Below are positions 12,134 to 24,328 of a stretch of 64,000 bases of DNA, piece after piece. The stretch is from contig JBODTK010000113.1 of the NCBI GenBank assembly GCA_050613775.1, forward strand, positions 372,001 to 436,000, in the 5' to 3' direction. Position numbers and translations under genes: made by a program. The notes below the pieces were generated by a model. The model searched no databases. It was not told where the DNA came from and saw only the letters and a list, made by a program, of their open reading frames with translations. Source of the stretch: Neocallimastix sp. 'constans' (lineage: Eukaryota). Every line of letters begins with the position of its first letter. Positions within the stretch are counted from its first letter, which is position 1.

Positions 12134-13231
12134 ACGTGGTGGTTGAAATTAATTATCAATTAATAAATATAATTATTAATTCTACTATTATTTTAACCAT
12201 TATTATTATTATTATTATAATTATTATTATTTTTAATATTATTATTATTGGTATTGTATTTAGTATTGTTTTTAGTTTTATTATTAGTATTATTAAAATT
12301 ATTATCAAGATTTTTATTATTAATTAATCATATTAATTAATATTATTCATTATTAATTATTCATTATTATTATCTGTTTCTGATAAATTGATATTATTCA
12401 TTATTATTCATTATTATCCTTTAATTTATTAATATTTATTTTTATTATTTTATTTTTTTTTTATCCGATTATTATTATTATTATTATTATTATTTTTTTG
12501 TCTAACCTACTTTTTAATATTATATAATATTTAAATATTAAATATATATATATTTTTTTTTGTTAAATATAATTATATATATATTTAAATATTAATTTTT
12601 TTTTTTTTTTTTGTCTAACATATTTTTTAATATTATATAATATTTAAATTTTTATCCTTCATTTATCTCAAACTTTATTATATATAATTTTTTATTTTTT
12701 TAATTTTTTATTTTTTATTTTTTTTATTTTTTTTATTTTTCATTTTATATTAAAAATTTTTTTACTTACCGCAATATCTTTCGGTAAAATTTTTAAAGTT
12801 AAATTTATACTATTTTTTATTTTTTTTTAATTCATTTTCATCTATTAAAGATGGTAAAAAAATATATATAATTGATACCAGATAATGAAAATTTAATTAT
12901 TTATTAAAGTTTTTTATTTTTATTTTTATTTTTTAATTTTTTTATATTATTTCATAAACAAATAAATTAAATTAAAATGTAAAATATTATGATTATTAAT
13001 AAAAATTATTAAATATTTTTTTTTTATTATAAAATGAAAAAAAAAAAAAGTATAAATAGTAAAGAAAAGTCCCATAAATAAAAATATAAACTAATATTAT
13101 TAATTATAATAAATAATAAAAATATTTAGTTTAAATAGAAATATAAAATATAATTTTTATAAATTATTATTTTTTTTGTAAAATTTAATTAGTATCTATT
13201 TATCTAAAAAAATAAAATAAAATAAAATAAA

Positions 13232-14620
13232 ATGAAATTCTTTAATACTATAGCTTTAATTGGTTTAGCCATTCTTGGCTCAAATGCTATGAGAAATATT
13301 CCATCAAAAGATTTAATTAAGGAAATTAAAATTGGTTGGAATTTAGGTAATTCTTTAGATGCTCACTGTCTTGAAGATTTAGATTATTCAAAGGATCAAC
13401 TTGCTTCTGAAACCTGTTGGGCTAATCCAAAGTCAACCCCAGAACTTTTTAATAAATTAAATGAACTTGGTTTCAACATTTTCCGTATTCCAACAACTTG
13501 GACTGGTCACTTTGGTGAAGGACCAGAATACAAAATTTCTGAGGTTTGGATGAAGAGAGTTCATGAAGTTGTTGACAATGCCCTCAAAACCGGTAGCTAT
13601 GCTATCTTAAATATTCATCATGAAAATTGGAATTATGCTTTTGCTGAAAATTTAGAAAAAGCAAAACCAATCTTAGAAGCTATCTGGAAACAAATTGCTA
13701 CTGAATTTGCTGGTTATGATGAACATTTAATTTTTGAAGGTTTAAATGAACCAAGAAAGGTTGGGGATCCAAATGAATGGAATGGTGGTGATGCCGAAGG
13801 TTGGAACTTTGTTAATACCATGAATGAACTTTTCATTAAGACAGTTCGTGCCACTGGTGGTAACAACGCTCTTCGTCATCTTATGATTGAAACTTATGCT
13901 GGTAGTGTCAATGATGGTGCTATCACCGAATTTAAGTTCCCAAGTGGAGATGATAAGATTATTGCCACCGTTCACTCCTACAGTCCATACAACTTTGCCT
14001 TAAATACCGGAGAAGGAGCTGAAACTACCTTCACCTCAACTAGTGAAGTTGACTGGGCTATGAACCAAATTAGAAAGAATCTTGTAAGTAAGAACATTCC
14101 AGTTATTATTGGTGAATTTGGAGCCATGAATCGTGAAAATGAATCCGAACGTGCTAAGTGGGCAGAATATTATGTTAAGAGTGCTACTGCTATGGGTGTT
14201 CCATGTATTTTATGGGATAATGGTTACTTCCAAGGGGATGGTGAACTTTTTGGTATTATCGATCGTTCCACCCTTAAAGTTGCTTATCCAGAATTACTTA
14301 ACGGTTTAATGAAAGGTTTAGGTAATACTAATAATGCTGTTGCCGTTGAACCAAGTCCAGCTCCAGTCGAAGAACCAGTTCAAGAACCAGCTCAAGAACC
14401 AAGTCCAGCTCCAGTCGAAGAACCAGCTCAAGAACCAGTTCCAGTGGTTGAACCATCTACTTCTGAAGACTACTATTCATGTGGTAAAGACGATTGGGTC
14501 TGTAAATCCAAAATGTCTGACAAGTGTTACGGAGAAGCCTCCAAATGTTACTCAAGTAGTGTAAATTATGATGAATGTAATGCCATAATTAGTAAATGTG
14601 CTAAGATTTGGTCTAATTAA
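13232..14620 (+). CDS. Secreted GH5 (subfamily 4-like, CelB/CelD-type) endoglucanase with Pro/Glu linker and C-terminal 6-Cys module
   Basis: Signal peptide; GWNLGNSLDA, FRIPTTW, ILNIHHE, FEGLNEP (acid/base), HSYSP, IIGEFG (nucleophile), WDNG; EPSPAPVEEP repeats; intronless. Confidence 0.95.
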   Translation: MKFFNTIALIGLAILGSNAMRNIPSKDLIKEIKIGWNLGNSLDAHCLEDLDYSKDQLASETCWANPKSTPELFNKLNELGFNIFRIPTTWTGHFGEGPEYKISEVWMKRVHEVVDNALKTGSYAILNIHHENWNYAFAENLEKAKPILEAIWKQIATEFAGYDEHLIFEGLNEPRKVGDPNEWNGGDAEGWNFVNTMNELFIKTVRATGGNNALRHLMIETYAGSVNDGAITEFKFPSGDDKIIATVHSYSPYNFALNTGEGAETTFTSTSEVDWAMNQIRKNLVSKNIPVIIGEFGAMNRENESERAKWAEYYVKSATAMGVPCILWDNGYFQGDGELFGIIDRSTLKVAYPELLNGLMKGLGNTNNAVAVEPSPAPVEEPVQEPAQEPSPAPVEEPAQEPVPVVEPSTSEDYYSCGKDDWVCKSKMSDKCYGEASKCYSSSVNYDECNAIISKCAKIWSN

Positions 14621-14745
14621 AAATTTTCCTATATATTGAAATAAAGTAGTTAATAATACTACTATTATTTTTTTTTCATTATTAATTAGTATATTGAGTA
14701 TACTAATATTAAAATATAAATGTAAAAAAAAAAAAGTTATAAATT

Positions 14746-14809
<64 letters not shown>

Positions 14810-15470
14810 AGGTTTTTTTTTATATAAATCTAATTAAAGATAATATAATAAAAAATTATTAGTTTATGTTATTGAAGTGTTTCTTTAAATATAAGAAACT
14901 AATAAAATCAATATATAATTGTAATAAATAAATGTATATTTAAAAAAAAAAAATTAATAAATAATATTTTAAAAAATTAATATGTAAAAAAAAAAAAAAT
15001 AAAAATTAATAAATAATATTTTAAAAAATTAATAATCAAAATTTTTTGAAGAATAGAAACTGTTTTAATATTGATTTAGTGTTTATTAAAAATTAAACAT
15101 ACATTTAATAAAATGTTTATTAATATTTTTATTTTATTTTATTCAATGTTTTAATGTTTTATATTATTTCACTATTTATTCTTTTCTATTTTATTATTAT
15201 TAATATTTTAATATTTTATACTGCTTAACTATTTAATTTATTTTTTTTTTTTTATTTAATTTATTATAATTATTTTATTGAATTTTATTTCATCCTGTTT
15301 ATAAAAAAATAATAATTATAATAAAATGTTTATTAATAATATTTATATTATATCTAAAATTTTAAAAATTCTTTTTTTAATATTTATATTTAATAAATTC
15401 AAACTATTTTTAATTAGTAGATCAAATTAAATATATTTTTATTTTTAGTGTTTATAAAAATTCAAATTAA

Positions 15471-15576
<106 letters not shown>

Positions 15577-15880
15577 GATAATCTGTCAATTTCTAAAATA
15601 TCAAAGATACCATAAAACTATTAAAAATAAAATAAGCAATAAATTTCTTTTATATTTAATGAAAATTTTTATTTATTTTTATTTATTATTTAATTTTTAC
15701 TTTTATTACAGTATATATATTTTAATTAATTAGTTTATATTTATTTATTATTTCATTTATTTTTATTAATTTTTATTTATATTTATTTTTATATTTTTTT
15801 TTATATTATTTTTTATTATTCTATTTAATATATTTAATATATTAATAATTATTTAATTATTTATTATTGTTAATTTTTTT

Positions 15881-15983
15881 TTCAACTTCAGAAGCAACAA
15901 CAGCGTCAGTTGGAGCTTCAACAACACATTACATTAGTTGTAGAAACAGCTAATAAAGTAGTGAAAATAGTACGAATCTTTAT
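15881..15983 (-). pseudogene. Relic of the first ~35 codons of a third GH1 beta-glucosidase copy
   Basis: Aligns with 571-678 (CTTCAGAAGCAACA; GAAACAGCTAATAAAGTAG.GAAAATAGTA). The minus strand reads ATA-K-I-R-TIFTTLLAVS, so the start codon is ATG>ATA, followed by a frameshift and stop. Confidence 0.85.
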
Positions 15984-17186
15984 TTTTTTTTTTTTCATCT
16001 TATATAATTTAATATTAAATAATTAAATTTAATAATATTTTTTATATTTATAATTTAATATTAAATAATTAAATTTAATATTTTTTATATTTTTATAATA
16101 TATTATGATATAATAATTGAAAATAAATTTATTAAAAATTATATTTAAAATAATTAATATTTAATTTTAAAATATATATGTATATATAATATCTTTTATG
16201 GAAAGGGTAAATTTATAAAATAAAATATAATTAAAGAAAAAAAAAATAATAAACGAAATTCTTATAATATTTAATATTATTCTAAAAAAAAAAATAATTA
16301 TATTTATAACCATCTTAATTATAACTTTCATAATTATAATTATCTTAATTATTAGTATCCTAATTATAACTATCTTAATTATAATTATGTAATTATAATA
16401 ATTCTATTTATAACTATTCTAATATTTAATTATTATAAATATTAACTTATTATAAATTAAAAAAATAAAAATAAAAAAATTGAATTTCATTTTTATTAAT
16501 TTTATCTTTTTTTAAGTTAAATAAATATTAAAAAATGATTCAAATTAATTTATTAATAGTTTAGATTAATATTTAAATTTTTTTTTTTTTTAAAGGTGGA
16601 CACCATAAAAAAAAAAAAATTATTATTTGTTATATTAAAAAAAAATATTGTTATTTGTTATAAATGAATTAAAAATTTAAAATTAATATACTTTTTTTTT
16701 TATATATTCCTTTTTAATAATAAATTAATATTTAATAAATTAATTTTTTACCATGAAAAAAGTTTAAAAAATTGTTTATATATATATATATATATATTTT
16801 TTAAATTATTTTTTAAATTATTTTTTAAATTATTTTATTATATATAAAAATTGTTAATAAAAGTTTTAATCTTTTTACATAATGTTAAATGATAATTATT
16901 AAAATGAAATTTAATATTTTCAATATTTAAATATTTTTCTTTAATAAATGAAGAAATTATTTCAAAAAAAAAAAAAAAAAAAAAAAAAAAATTAAAAAAA
17001 TGATCAAATTCATATACTAAAATGTTTTTAAAAATATTTTTAAATATTTTATATTAATTTCATTTTATTTGGTACCTTTATAAAAAAAAATTATTATTTA
17101 TTTATTTCTTTTAAATTTATTTAGATTAAATTAAAAAAAAAAAGGATATATTTAAAATTTATTTATTATGTTTTTATTTTATCTTA

Positions 17187-17340
17187 TTTTATTTTATTTT
17201 ATTTTATTTTATTTTATTTTATTTTATTTTATTTTATTTTATTTTATTTTATTTTATTTTATTTTATTTTATTTTATTTTATTTTATTTTATTTTATTTT
17301 ATTTTATTTTATTTTATTTTATTTTATTTTATTTTATTTT
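17187..17340 (+). repeat. (TTTTA)n microsatellite
   Basis: Uninterrupted pentanucleotide run; source of the spurious ILFYF ORF. Confidence 0.95.
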
Positions 17341-18102
17341 ATTTATTTATTTATAAAATCATAATAAATAATAAAAATCAGTTTTTAAATTGTAAAAAAA
17401 AAAAAAAAATCTTATTATTTATAAAATAGTCAAAAATAACAAAATTTATTAAAAAAAAAAAATTGAAACTTTATATTCTATGGTTTATTGATGTTATTAG
17501 GCAAAATTTGATTAATTTTATATATATTTAACCATTATTATATTTCATTATTTATTATATTTTTTTTTTTTTATCAATTATTTAAATTAAATTAATAAAT
17601 AACCTTTATCATTGAAAATTAATTAGTAATACTTTTTTTTTTCTATCATAAAATAATTATGTAGGGTTAAGTACGTATTATAATATGAAATTTATAAAAG
17701 ATATTACTATATTTAATTTATTATCATTAAATATAATAATATTTTAAATAAATTTATATTTTATTAATTATTTATTCATTTATTTTTATTATAATTAATA
17801 TTATTATTTTTATTATCAATTTATTATTTTTAAAAAGAATAAATATTAAAAATACTTTTCTTTTTTTAATATAAATTTAAAACAAAGATTCAATAATGGG
17901 TAAAATAAGAATTAATCAAATAAAGATAAAATTAAATAATATAATAAAAAAAAAAAAAAAAAAATTAAATTAATATAAATTAATTATAAATATCTCATCA
18001 TTCATTCTATCTAATAGAATTTTCAAAGATGAACATGACATGATTCAAATGAAATTATATAAAAAAGTAATAACAAATTTTTTACCATTTTTCATAAATG
18101 AA

Positions 18103-18134
<32 letters not shown>

Positions 18135-18736
18135 AAGAAAGGGTTAGAATAAAAAATTTGAATAGATTTTTTTTTCTTTTTTTAAATGTAAAGTATAATA
18201 GGTAATTTAAAATTAAAAATGATATTTTTTTAAGATTCGTTTGTTTCCATATGATAATGATAAAATTCTAATAAAAGAGTTAGTTATCATAATATGTTTC
18301 ATCTCTAATTAGTTGAATACATTAACTATGGTATCCATATAAGTTGAAAAGAATAAACATAAAAATTTAATATAAACTTCTATAATCATGGGTTGATAAA
18401 GAGTATCAGAAATGGGGAAAAGAAATATTCAATTCAATTAAACTTAAAATCCAACTACAAAGATATCATCCTAATTATTAAAATAAAATAAAATAAAAAA
18501 TTGTTAAAAATTAAAAATTATCTAATGCATAATAATTTAATAATATTTTAATAATTAACTTTTTTTAAATTTTTAATTATCATATATTTATTTTTTAATA
18601 TATATAAATAAGTTATATTTTTTTTGAGTGGATGTCAAAAATAATGAATAATTTAATTGGATTTGAAATATTAATTTAAATTTAATATTCTATTCTATTC
18701 AATTATACAAAATTAATTAATCTTACAAATGATCAT

Positions 18737-18773
<37 letters not shown>

Positions 18774-18890
18774 ATAATATTAATAATAATTATAATTATA
18801 ATTATAATTGTATATAATGGGTAGTTAAAAAATTAAATGTGCTATATGTTTAAATCATTTAAATATAAATATTAAATACACGTATTAATG

Positions 18891-18934
18891 TAAAAATCCT
18901 CTAACATTAATATGTATATATTAATGTTAGAGGA

Positions 18935-18940
<6 letters not shown>
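18891..18940. repeat. Perfect 23-bp-arm palindrome with 4-nt loop
   Basis: TAAAAATCCTCTAACATTAATAT-GTAT-ATATTAATGTTAGAGGATTTTTA. Confidence 0.9.
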
Positions 18941-19018
<78 letters not shown>

Positions 19019-20361
19019 TTAAATAGAACAATTTAAAATGAAAATAATATAATTAATTGGAAATATATATAATGATGGTTTATTTAAAAAGTATTAGGAA
19101 AATATTATATTTAAAATAGTATTGAATGATTAATAGTTTATGTTTAATTGCTATTTATTTAATAATTTTGATAAATAGATTGATTTTAAAATTTTTAAAA
19201 AAATTTTATTGTTATAACTTTAATTTATATGGAAATTTAAAAAGGATAGAAAATTAACATAAAAAATGAAATATAAAAAAATAAAATAATAATTTACTAT
19301 GACCGATTTATATAATTATTTCTAATTACATATAGTAATATATATATGTAAAATTCAAAATAATGATAAACCAAAAAAAAAATATTAGAGAAAAATAATG
19401 AAACCTGTTTATTTCTAATAAATTTGAATATTATGTATATATATGTACATATATATATATATATATATACAAAAATAATATGTAAAAATTTCGTAAATGA
19501 AGATATTTTAATGAACATTGTTTAATTATTGTATATAACTTTTATTATGAAAGTGAAATAAAAATATTATTCAATATATATAAAATAAATAAAAATTTTT
19601 TAATAGAAAAAAATTTTTTTTTTTAAATTATTAAATTTATTATTATTATTTTTCTATTTCTATTTTTATTTTTTATTTATATTGTACAAATGATTTCTTT
19701 CAATAGTAAAAGAAAAAATAAAAAATAATTCATATTATTTGTTTAATTTATATTTAATATTAACTATAAAATATGAAAAGTTAATATTAAACTAATACAT
19801 TCATCAATTGCTATATCATAGTAAACTGATACAGCTTAAACTCTATTCATTATTTTAATTGTTAGAAATAACTAATGATTTAACCTTTTACTTATATATT
19901 TAAAACTTTCTTTTTTTTTTTTTTAAAAAAAAAAGTTTTAAATATATATATGTATCTTTTTTTTAATTAAAAATAAAAATATAATCTATTAAATAGAATA
20001 TATATTTTATTATTTTATATTATCTTTTTTTCTATGATATATTATTATTTTTTATAATTTTTTTTATTATTTTTTTTTTATTATTTTTTTATTATTTTTT
20101 TTTTATTATTTTTATTTTATTTATTATTTATGTTTTTAATATAAAACTTATAACATATATAGATAGTAATACATTATTATTTTATATATATATTTTTTTT
20201 AAAATTTCAATTAAATAATTTAATATTATTATATTTTATTTTATTTCTTTAAAAAAAAAAAAATATTCAAATATAAAACTATAATATCATATATAATTAA
20301 TTAATTTATTTTTATTATTATTATTTTTTTTTATTTTTTTATTTTTTATTTTTTTTTTTTT

Positions 20362-22575
20362 TTAAAGACAACCATAGAATGGAACCCAATCAATTTGAAG
20401 ATTACCCTTGAAACTGTTACCTATCATTTGTCCTTGAATATTGCCGTTATAACCTTCAATATCAGCATTTGGAGCAAGAAGTGAACCTTGAATTCTAAAG
20501 TTTTCAATACGAACCTTTTTAGCATTTGGTGCATTCCAAACAATTCTAGTGGCATACTTGTTGATGGAGGAAATATCAAAGTTGGAGAGGGTAATATTAT
20601 CGGAGAGAAGGTTAAAGATAATGGTGATTTCATCGGTGTTCACGCCATTTTCATTAATGCTAATGCCCCAGTATTTGCTAATATCTTCCATAATAACATA
20701 GGTCTTTTGTCCTGGAACTAAATCGATAACAAGTTTACCCCATTCATTCGTTGTTTTCGTGTTAGCTTTCATATTACCCAATTTTTTAGAAAGAGAGGTA
20801 AGATTTTGCTTTTCCTTATCAAAGTCAATCACATTCTTTTTTTCAACGGTACATTTGTGTCTTTCAATGGCTTCTTTAATGTAGCCCGGTATATCGACTG
20901 AGTTTTGGTAGGCAACACCTCCATTAATAATTTCACCACCATCACGGAAGTTAAGCGTACCGGCAACAATGGCATACTTAATATCACCCTTCATCTTTTC
21001 ATCCGTACAATCTAAGTTGGTTTGCTCATTGTGCTTCACTGGATCATAAATAAAACCTCCGTTTTGGTAGCCACCGCTGATGTTAACGGTACCCTTAGCC
21101 GCTAATCTACCTTGAACATCAGAACTGGTACCAGTGAAATCACCAAAGAAGAATCCATTGAATGGTTGGGCCATACCAAAGGCTTCCGTAGAACATTCAC
21201 CACTAGAGGAAGCTGGAGCCGTTGTTGTAGTGGTAGTGGTGGTAGCGGTGGTAGTTGGGGCTGGTTTTTCAGTGGTGGAAGTAGTAGAAGAAGAAGAAGA
21301 AGAGGATTCTTCTTCATCACCATCCTTCTTTGGAGTTGGTTCTTCAGAGGTACCACCAGATTCTTCTTCATCACCATCCTTCTTTGGAGTTGGTTCTTCA
21401 GAGGTACCACCAGATTCTTCTTCATCTCCATCCTTCTTTGGAGTTGGTTCTTCAGAGGTACCACCAGATTCTTCTTCATCACCATCCTTCTTTGGAGTTG
21501 GTTCTTCAGAGGTACCACCAGATTCTTCTTCATCACCATCCTTCTTTGGAGTTGGTTCTTCAGAGGTACCACCAGATTCTTCTTCATCACCGTCCTTCTT
21601 TGGAGTTGGATTTTCAGAGGTACCACCAGATTCTTCTTCATCACCATCCTTCTTTGGAGTTGGATTTTCAGAGGTACCACCAGATTCCTCTTCATCACCG
21701 TCCTTCTTTGGAGTTGGATTTTCAGAGGTACCACCAGATTCTTCTTCATCACCATCCTTCTTTGGAGTTGGTTCTTCAGAGGTACCACCGGATTCTTCTT
21801 CATCCTTCTTTGGAGTTGGTGTTGGCTTTTCAGAGACGATATCAGTATTTTGGTCGTTATCTATCGTATCCGTTATTACAATAGTTTCCTCTTCAGTAAT
21901 GGTATCTGTAATTACATCAGTAAGAGTTATTATTTCAGTGATTTCATCTTCAGAAACTTCATTGCCATCATTATTCTTATTTGCTTCTTCACCTCCTTCT
22001 TCAACAACTTCTTCATCAGAAACATTATCTGAGGCTTCTTCCACATCATTGCCATCATTATTTTTATTTACTTCTTCACCTTCTCCTTCTTCATCCGAAA
22101 TATTCTCTGATGCCTCCTCAACTTCATTATTTTTATCATTATTTTGAACGACTTCTGCTTCAGCATTACCATCATCTTCTTCTGGATCACTATCATTGGC
22201 GGTATCGATTTCAGCAGCTAAGGCATCAATGATTTCCTCTACTACCTTATTTTTGGAATCATCATCGGCTTCTTCATTAATTAAAGCATCAACTACGTCA
22301 ACAACAGATTCAGCAATATTTTGTTCGTTGGTTTCCTTAGCAGATTTCACTTTAGTGGAAACCTTCTTAACCGTAACGGTTTTCTTTACCCCATTACATT
22401 CTCCAAATTCTGGTTGACATCCCTTACCACAATAGGTATCTATTTTACCACAAAAGCCAAATTTACTACAACAGTAACCCTCTGGACATTTACCATAACT
22501 CTTACCACATCTCTTGGCTGCTGCTAAAGATATTAACAGCAATACTATTAATAAATTTAAATTATTTTTATGCAT
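20362..22575 (-). CDS. Secreted CBM18 - acidic repeat stalk - choice-of-anchor A domain protein, paralog 1 (737 aa)
   Basis: Signal peptide; 8-Cys hevein motif CGKSYGKCPEGYCCSKFGFCGKIDTYCGKGCQPEFGEC; D/E-rich stalk; C-terminal ~275 aa (20362-21195) with FNGFFFGDF..SDVQGRLAAKG, IIFNL, IVWNAPNA, GSLLAPNA, GNIQGQ, VPFYGCL. Confidence 0.9.
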   Translation of the reverse strand: MHKNNLNLLIVLLLISLAAAKRCGKSYGKCPEGYCCSKFGFCGKIDTYCGKGCQPEFGECNGVKKTVTVKKVSTKVKSAKETNEQNIAESVVDVVDALINEEADDDSKNKVVEEIIDALAAEIDTANDSDPEEDDGNAEAEVVQNNDKNNEVEEASENISDEEGEGEEVNKNNDGNDVEEASDNVSDEEVVEEGGEEANKNNDGNEVSEDEITEIITLTDVITDTITEEETIVITDTIDNDQNTDIVSEKPTPTPKKDEEESGGTSEEPTPKKDGDEEESGGTSENPTPKKDGDEEESGGTSENPTPKKDGDEEESGGTSENPTPKKDGDEEESGGTSEEPTPKKDGDEEESGGTSEEPTPKKDGDEEESGGTSEEPTPKKDGDEEESGGTSEEPTPKKDGDEEESGGTSEEPTPKKDGDEEESSSSSSSTTSTTEKPAPTTTATTTTTTTTAPASSSGECSTEAFGMAQPFNGFFFGDFTGTSSDVQGRLAAKGTVNISGGYQNGGFIYDPVKHNEQTNLDCTDEKMKGDIKYAIVAGTLNFRDGGEIINGGVAYQNSVDIPGYIKEAIERHKCTVEKKNVIDFDKEKQNLTSLSKKLGNMKANTKTTNEWGKLVIDLVPGQKTYVIMEDISKYWGISINENGVNTDEITIIFNLLSDNITLSNFDISSINKYATRIVWNAPNAKKVRIENFRIQGSLLAPNADIEGYNGNIQGQMIGNSFKGNLQIDWVPFYGCL
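21307..21820 (-). repeat. Coding minisatellite, 54-bp unit (PTPKKDGDEEESGGTSEE/N), ~10 copies
   Basis: Unit TTCTTCTTCATCACCATCCTTCTTTGGAGTTGGTTCTTCAGAGGTACCACCAGA on +; near-identical copies, 3 adjacent SEN variants then 5 SEE. Confidence 0.95.
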
Positions 22576-22955
22576 TTTTTTTTTTTTATATTATTATTAT
22601 TATTTTTATATATTTATTAAATAAATATTTATAATGTTATTTTTTTTTTTTAATTATTAATTTGGGTATATATATATGTATATATAAATATATATTTATA
22701 TTTATATAACAATTTAGATTTTTTTTTTTAAATATCTATATTTTATATCTTTTTATAATTTATTTTTTTTTTATTTTTTTTTTTTTTTTATATTTCGAAA
22801 AAAAAAAATTAGGTTTTTATATTCATTTCGGTTAAAAAAAAAATTAAAATTTTAAATATTTTTTCATAAAAATATAATTATAAATAATTTAAAGATGAGA
22901 GTATAAATTAATGAAATTTAAAATATAATTAGAATTTATAATTTTTTTTATTTTA

Positions 22956-22989
<34 letters not shown>

Positions 22990-23281
22990 TTTTTTTTTTT
23001 TATGAATAAATAATTATATTAAATATATTAAAATTTAAAATACTATGTAAATTTAATTTTTTATTTAGTTTTTTTTATTTTTTAATAATTTCATTTTAGA
23101 TAATTATAATTTTAAATAATTTTTTTTTAAAAAAAAAAGAAAAATTTTTTTTAAATAAATCTTTTTTACTATTTAAATTTTAATTCAAAATTATAATTAA
23201 TGATCCAATCCAATTAATTTAATTCAATTTTAATTATATAATTAAATTATTTATAATTATTTTTTTTTTTTAAAAAAATTT

Positions 23282-23330
<49 letters not shown>

Positions 23331-23640
23331 CTTGACAACATTTTTTTTTATTTGTTCATTTATTTCTTTTTTATTTTATTTATTAGCTATTAACATATAT
23401 ATATTAACATTTAACATTTAATAATGTAACACAGTGAATATTTTTTTTATTTTATTTCATTATTATCTAAAAAAATAAATTTTTTTTTTTTTATTTTTTA
23501 TTTTATTATATGAATTTATTGTTAATGTGTGAATAGAAATATATATTTATTAAAGTTTAATTATAATTATTATCTTTTTTTCAAAATTACTTATAATAAA
23601 TATATAATTATATGTTATAGATTAGTTGATAAATTCATAA

Positions 23641-23900
23641 CTATTTTGATAGGCAATCTTCCCATTAAAAAAATTTCATCATCATCATGAAAGTAAATTG
23701 GTATGAGCATTAATAATATAAGGGATATCACTCTTTCATTTGATCATCATTCCAATTAGGATTAATTAATTTAATCGTACTGTAGAAATTATTGGAATCA
23801 TTATTATAAGCTCCAATTTGTTGGTAACCTCCAATAATATCAATAGTACCTTTTTTTTTTTATTTTTGTCAGTTCCATCTACTTTGAATATTTGAATTTA
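23641..23900 (-). pseudogene. Decayed fragment of a fifth choice-of-anchor A paralog
   Basis: Minus strand reads NSNIQSR..GTIDIIGGYQQIGAYNNDS..DDQMK-DIPYII..FHDDDEI-NGKIAYQN, colinear with NSDIQGRLAAKGTVDISGGFHNGAFNFD..DDKTKENIPYTI..FHDNGEILNGGVAYQN of paralog 2. Contains stops and frameshifts. Confidence 0.8.
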
Positions 23901-24289
23901 ATATTTGTATTTTCTGTTATTTATACCTATGAAGTCTCTCTAAAAAAAAAAAAAAAAAAAAAGAAAGTATTGAAAAAGTTGAGCCATACCAAAAAAAAAA
24001 AAAAAAATTTCTTTGAAGGTTGATAACCTTCATTAGAGAGATGAAATAATAATTTGAATTTTTTTTAGTTGTCGTTTGAACTTTTTGATTTTGATAAGTT
24101 TAAATTGATGATGAGTTATTGGTTTTAACTAAAGTGTCACGTTATCTTTACTATTGTTGTTTTTTACAATTATTATTATTATACTATTATTATACTATTA
24201 TTATTTATATTAATATAGAAATTTATATCTTTTTATTTATCTTAATTCTATCTTTTTTTCTATGAAAATTTGTAATTACATTGTTATAT

Positions 24290-24328
<39 letters not shown>

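Noticed and set aside
18240..18475. Coding-like patch reading SWVDKEYQKWGKEIFNSIK, faintly like a GH47 mannosidase helix
   Set aside because: Too short and interrupted by stops to assign without a search.
20362..21195. Literal ice-binding (antifreeze) function or enzyme activity for the head domain
   Set aside because: The relationship to ice-binding proteins is at the fold level only, the inferred host habitat is a warm gut, and no catalytic motif is visible.
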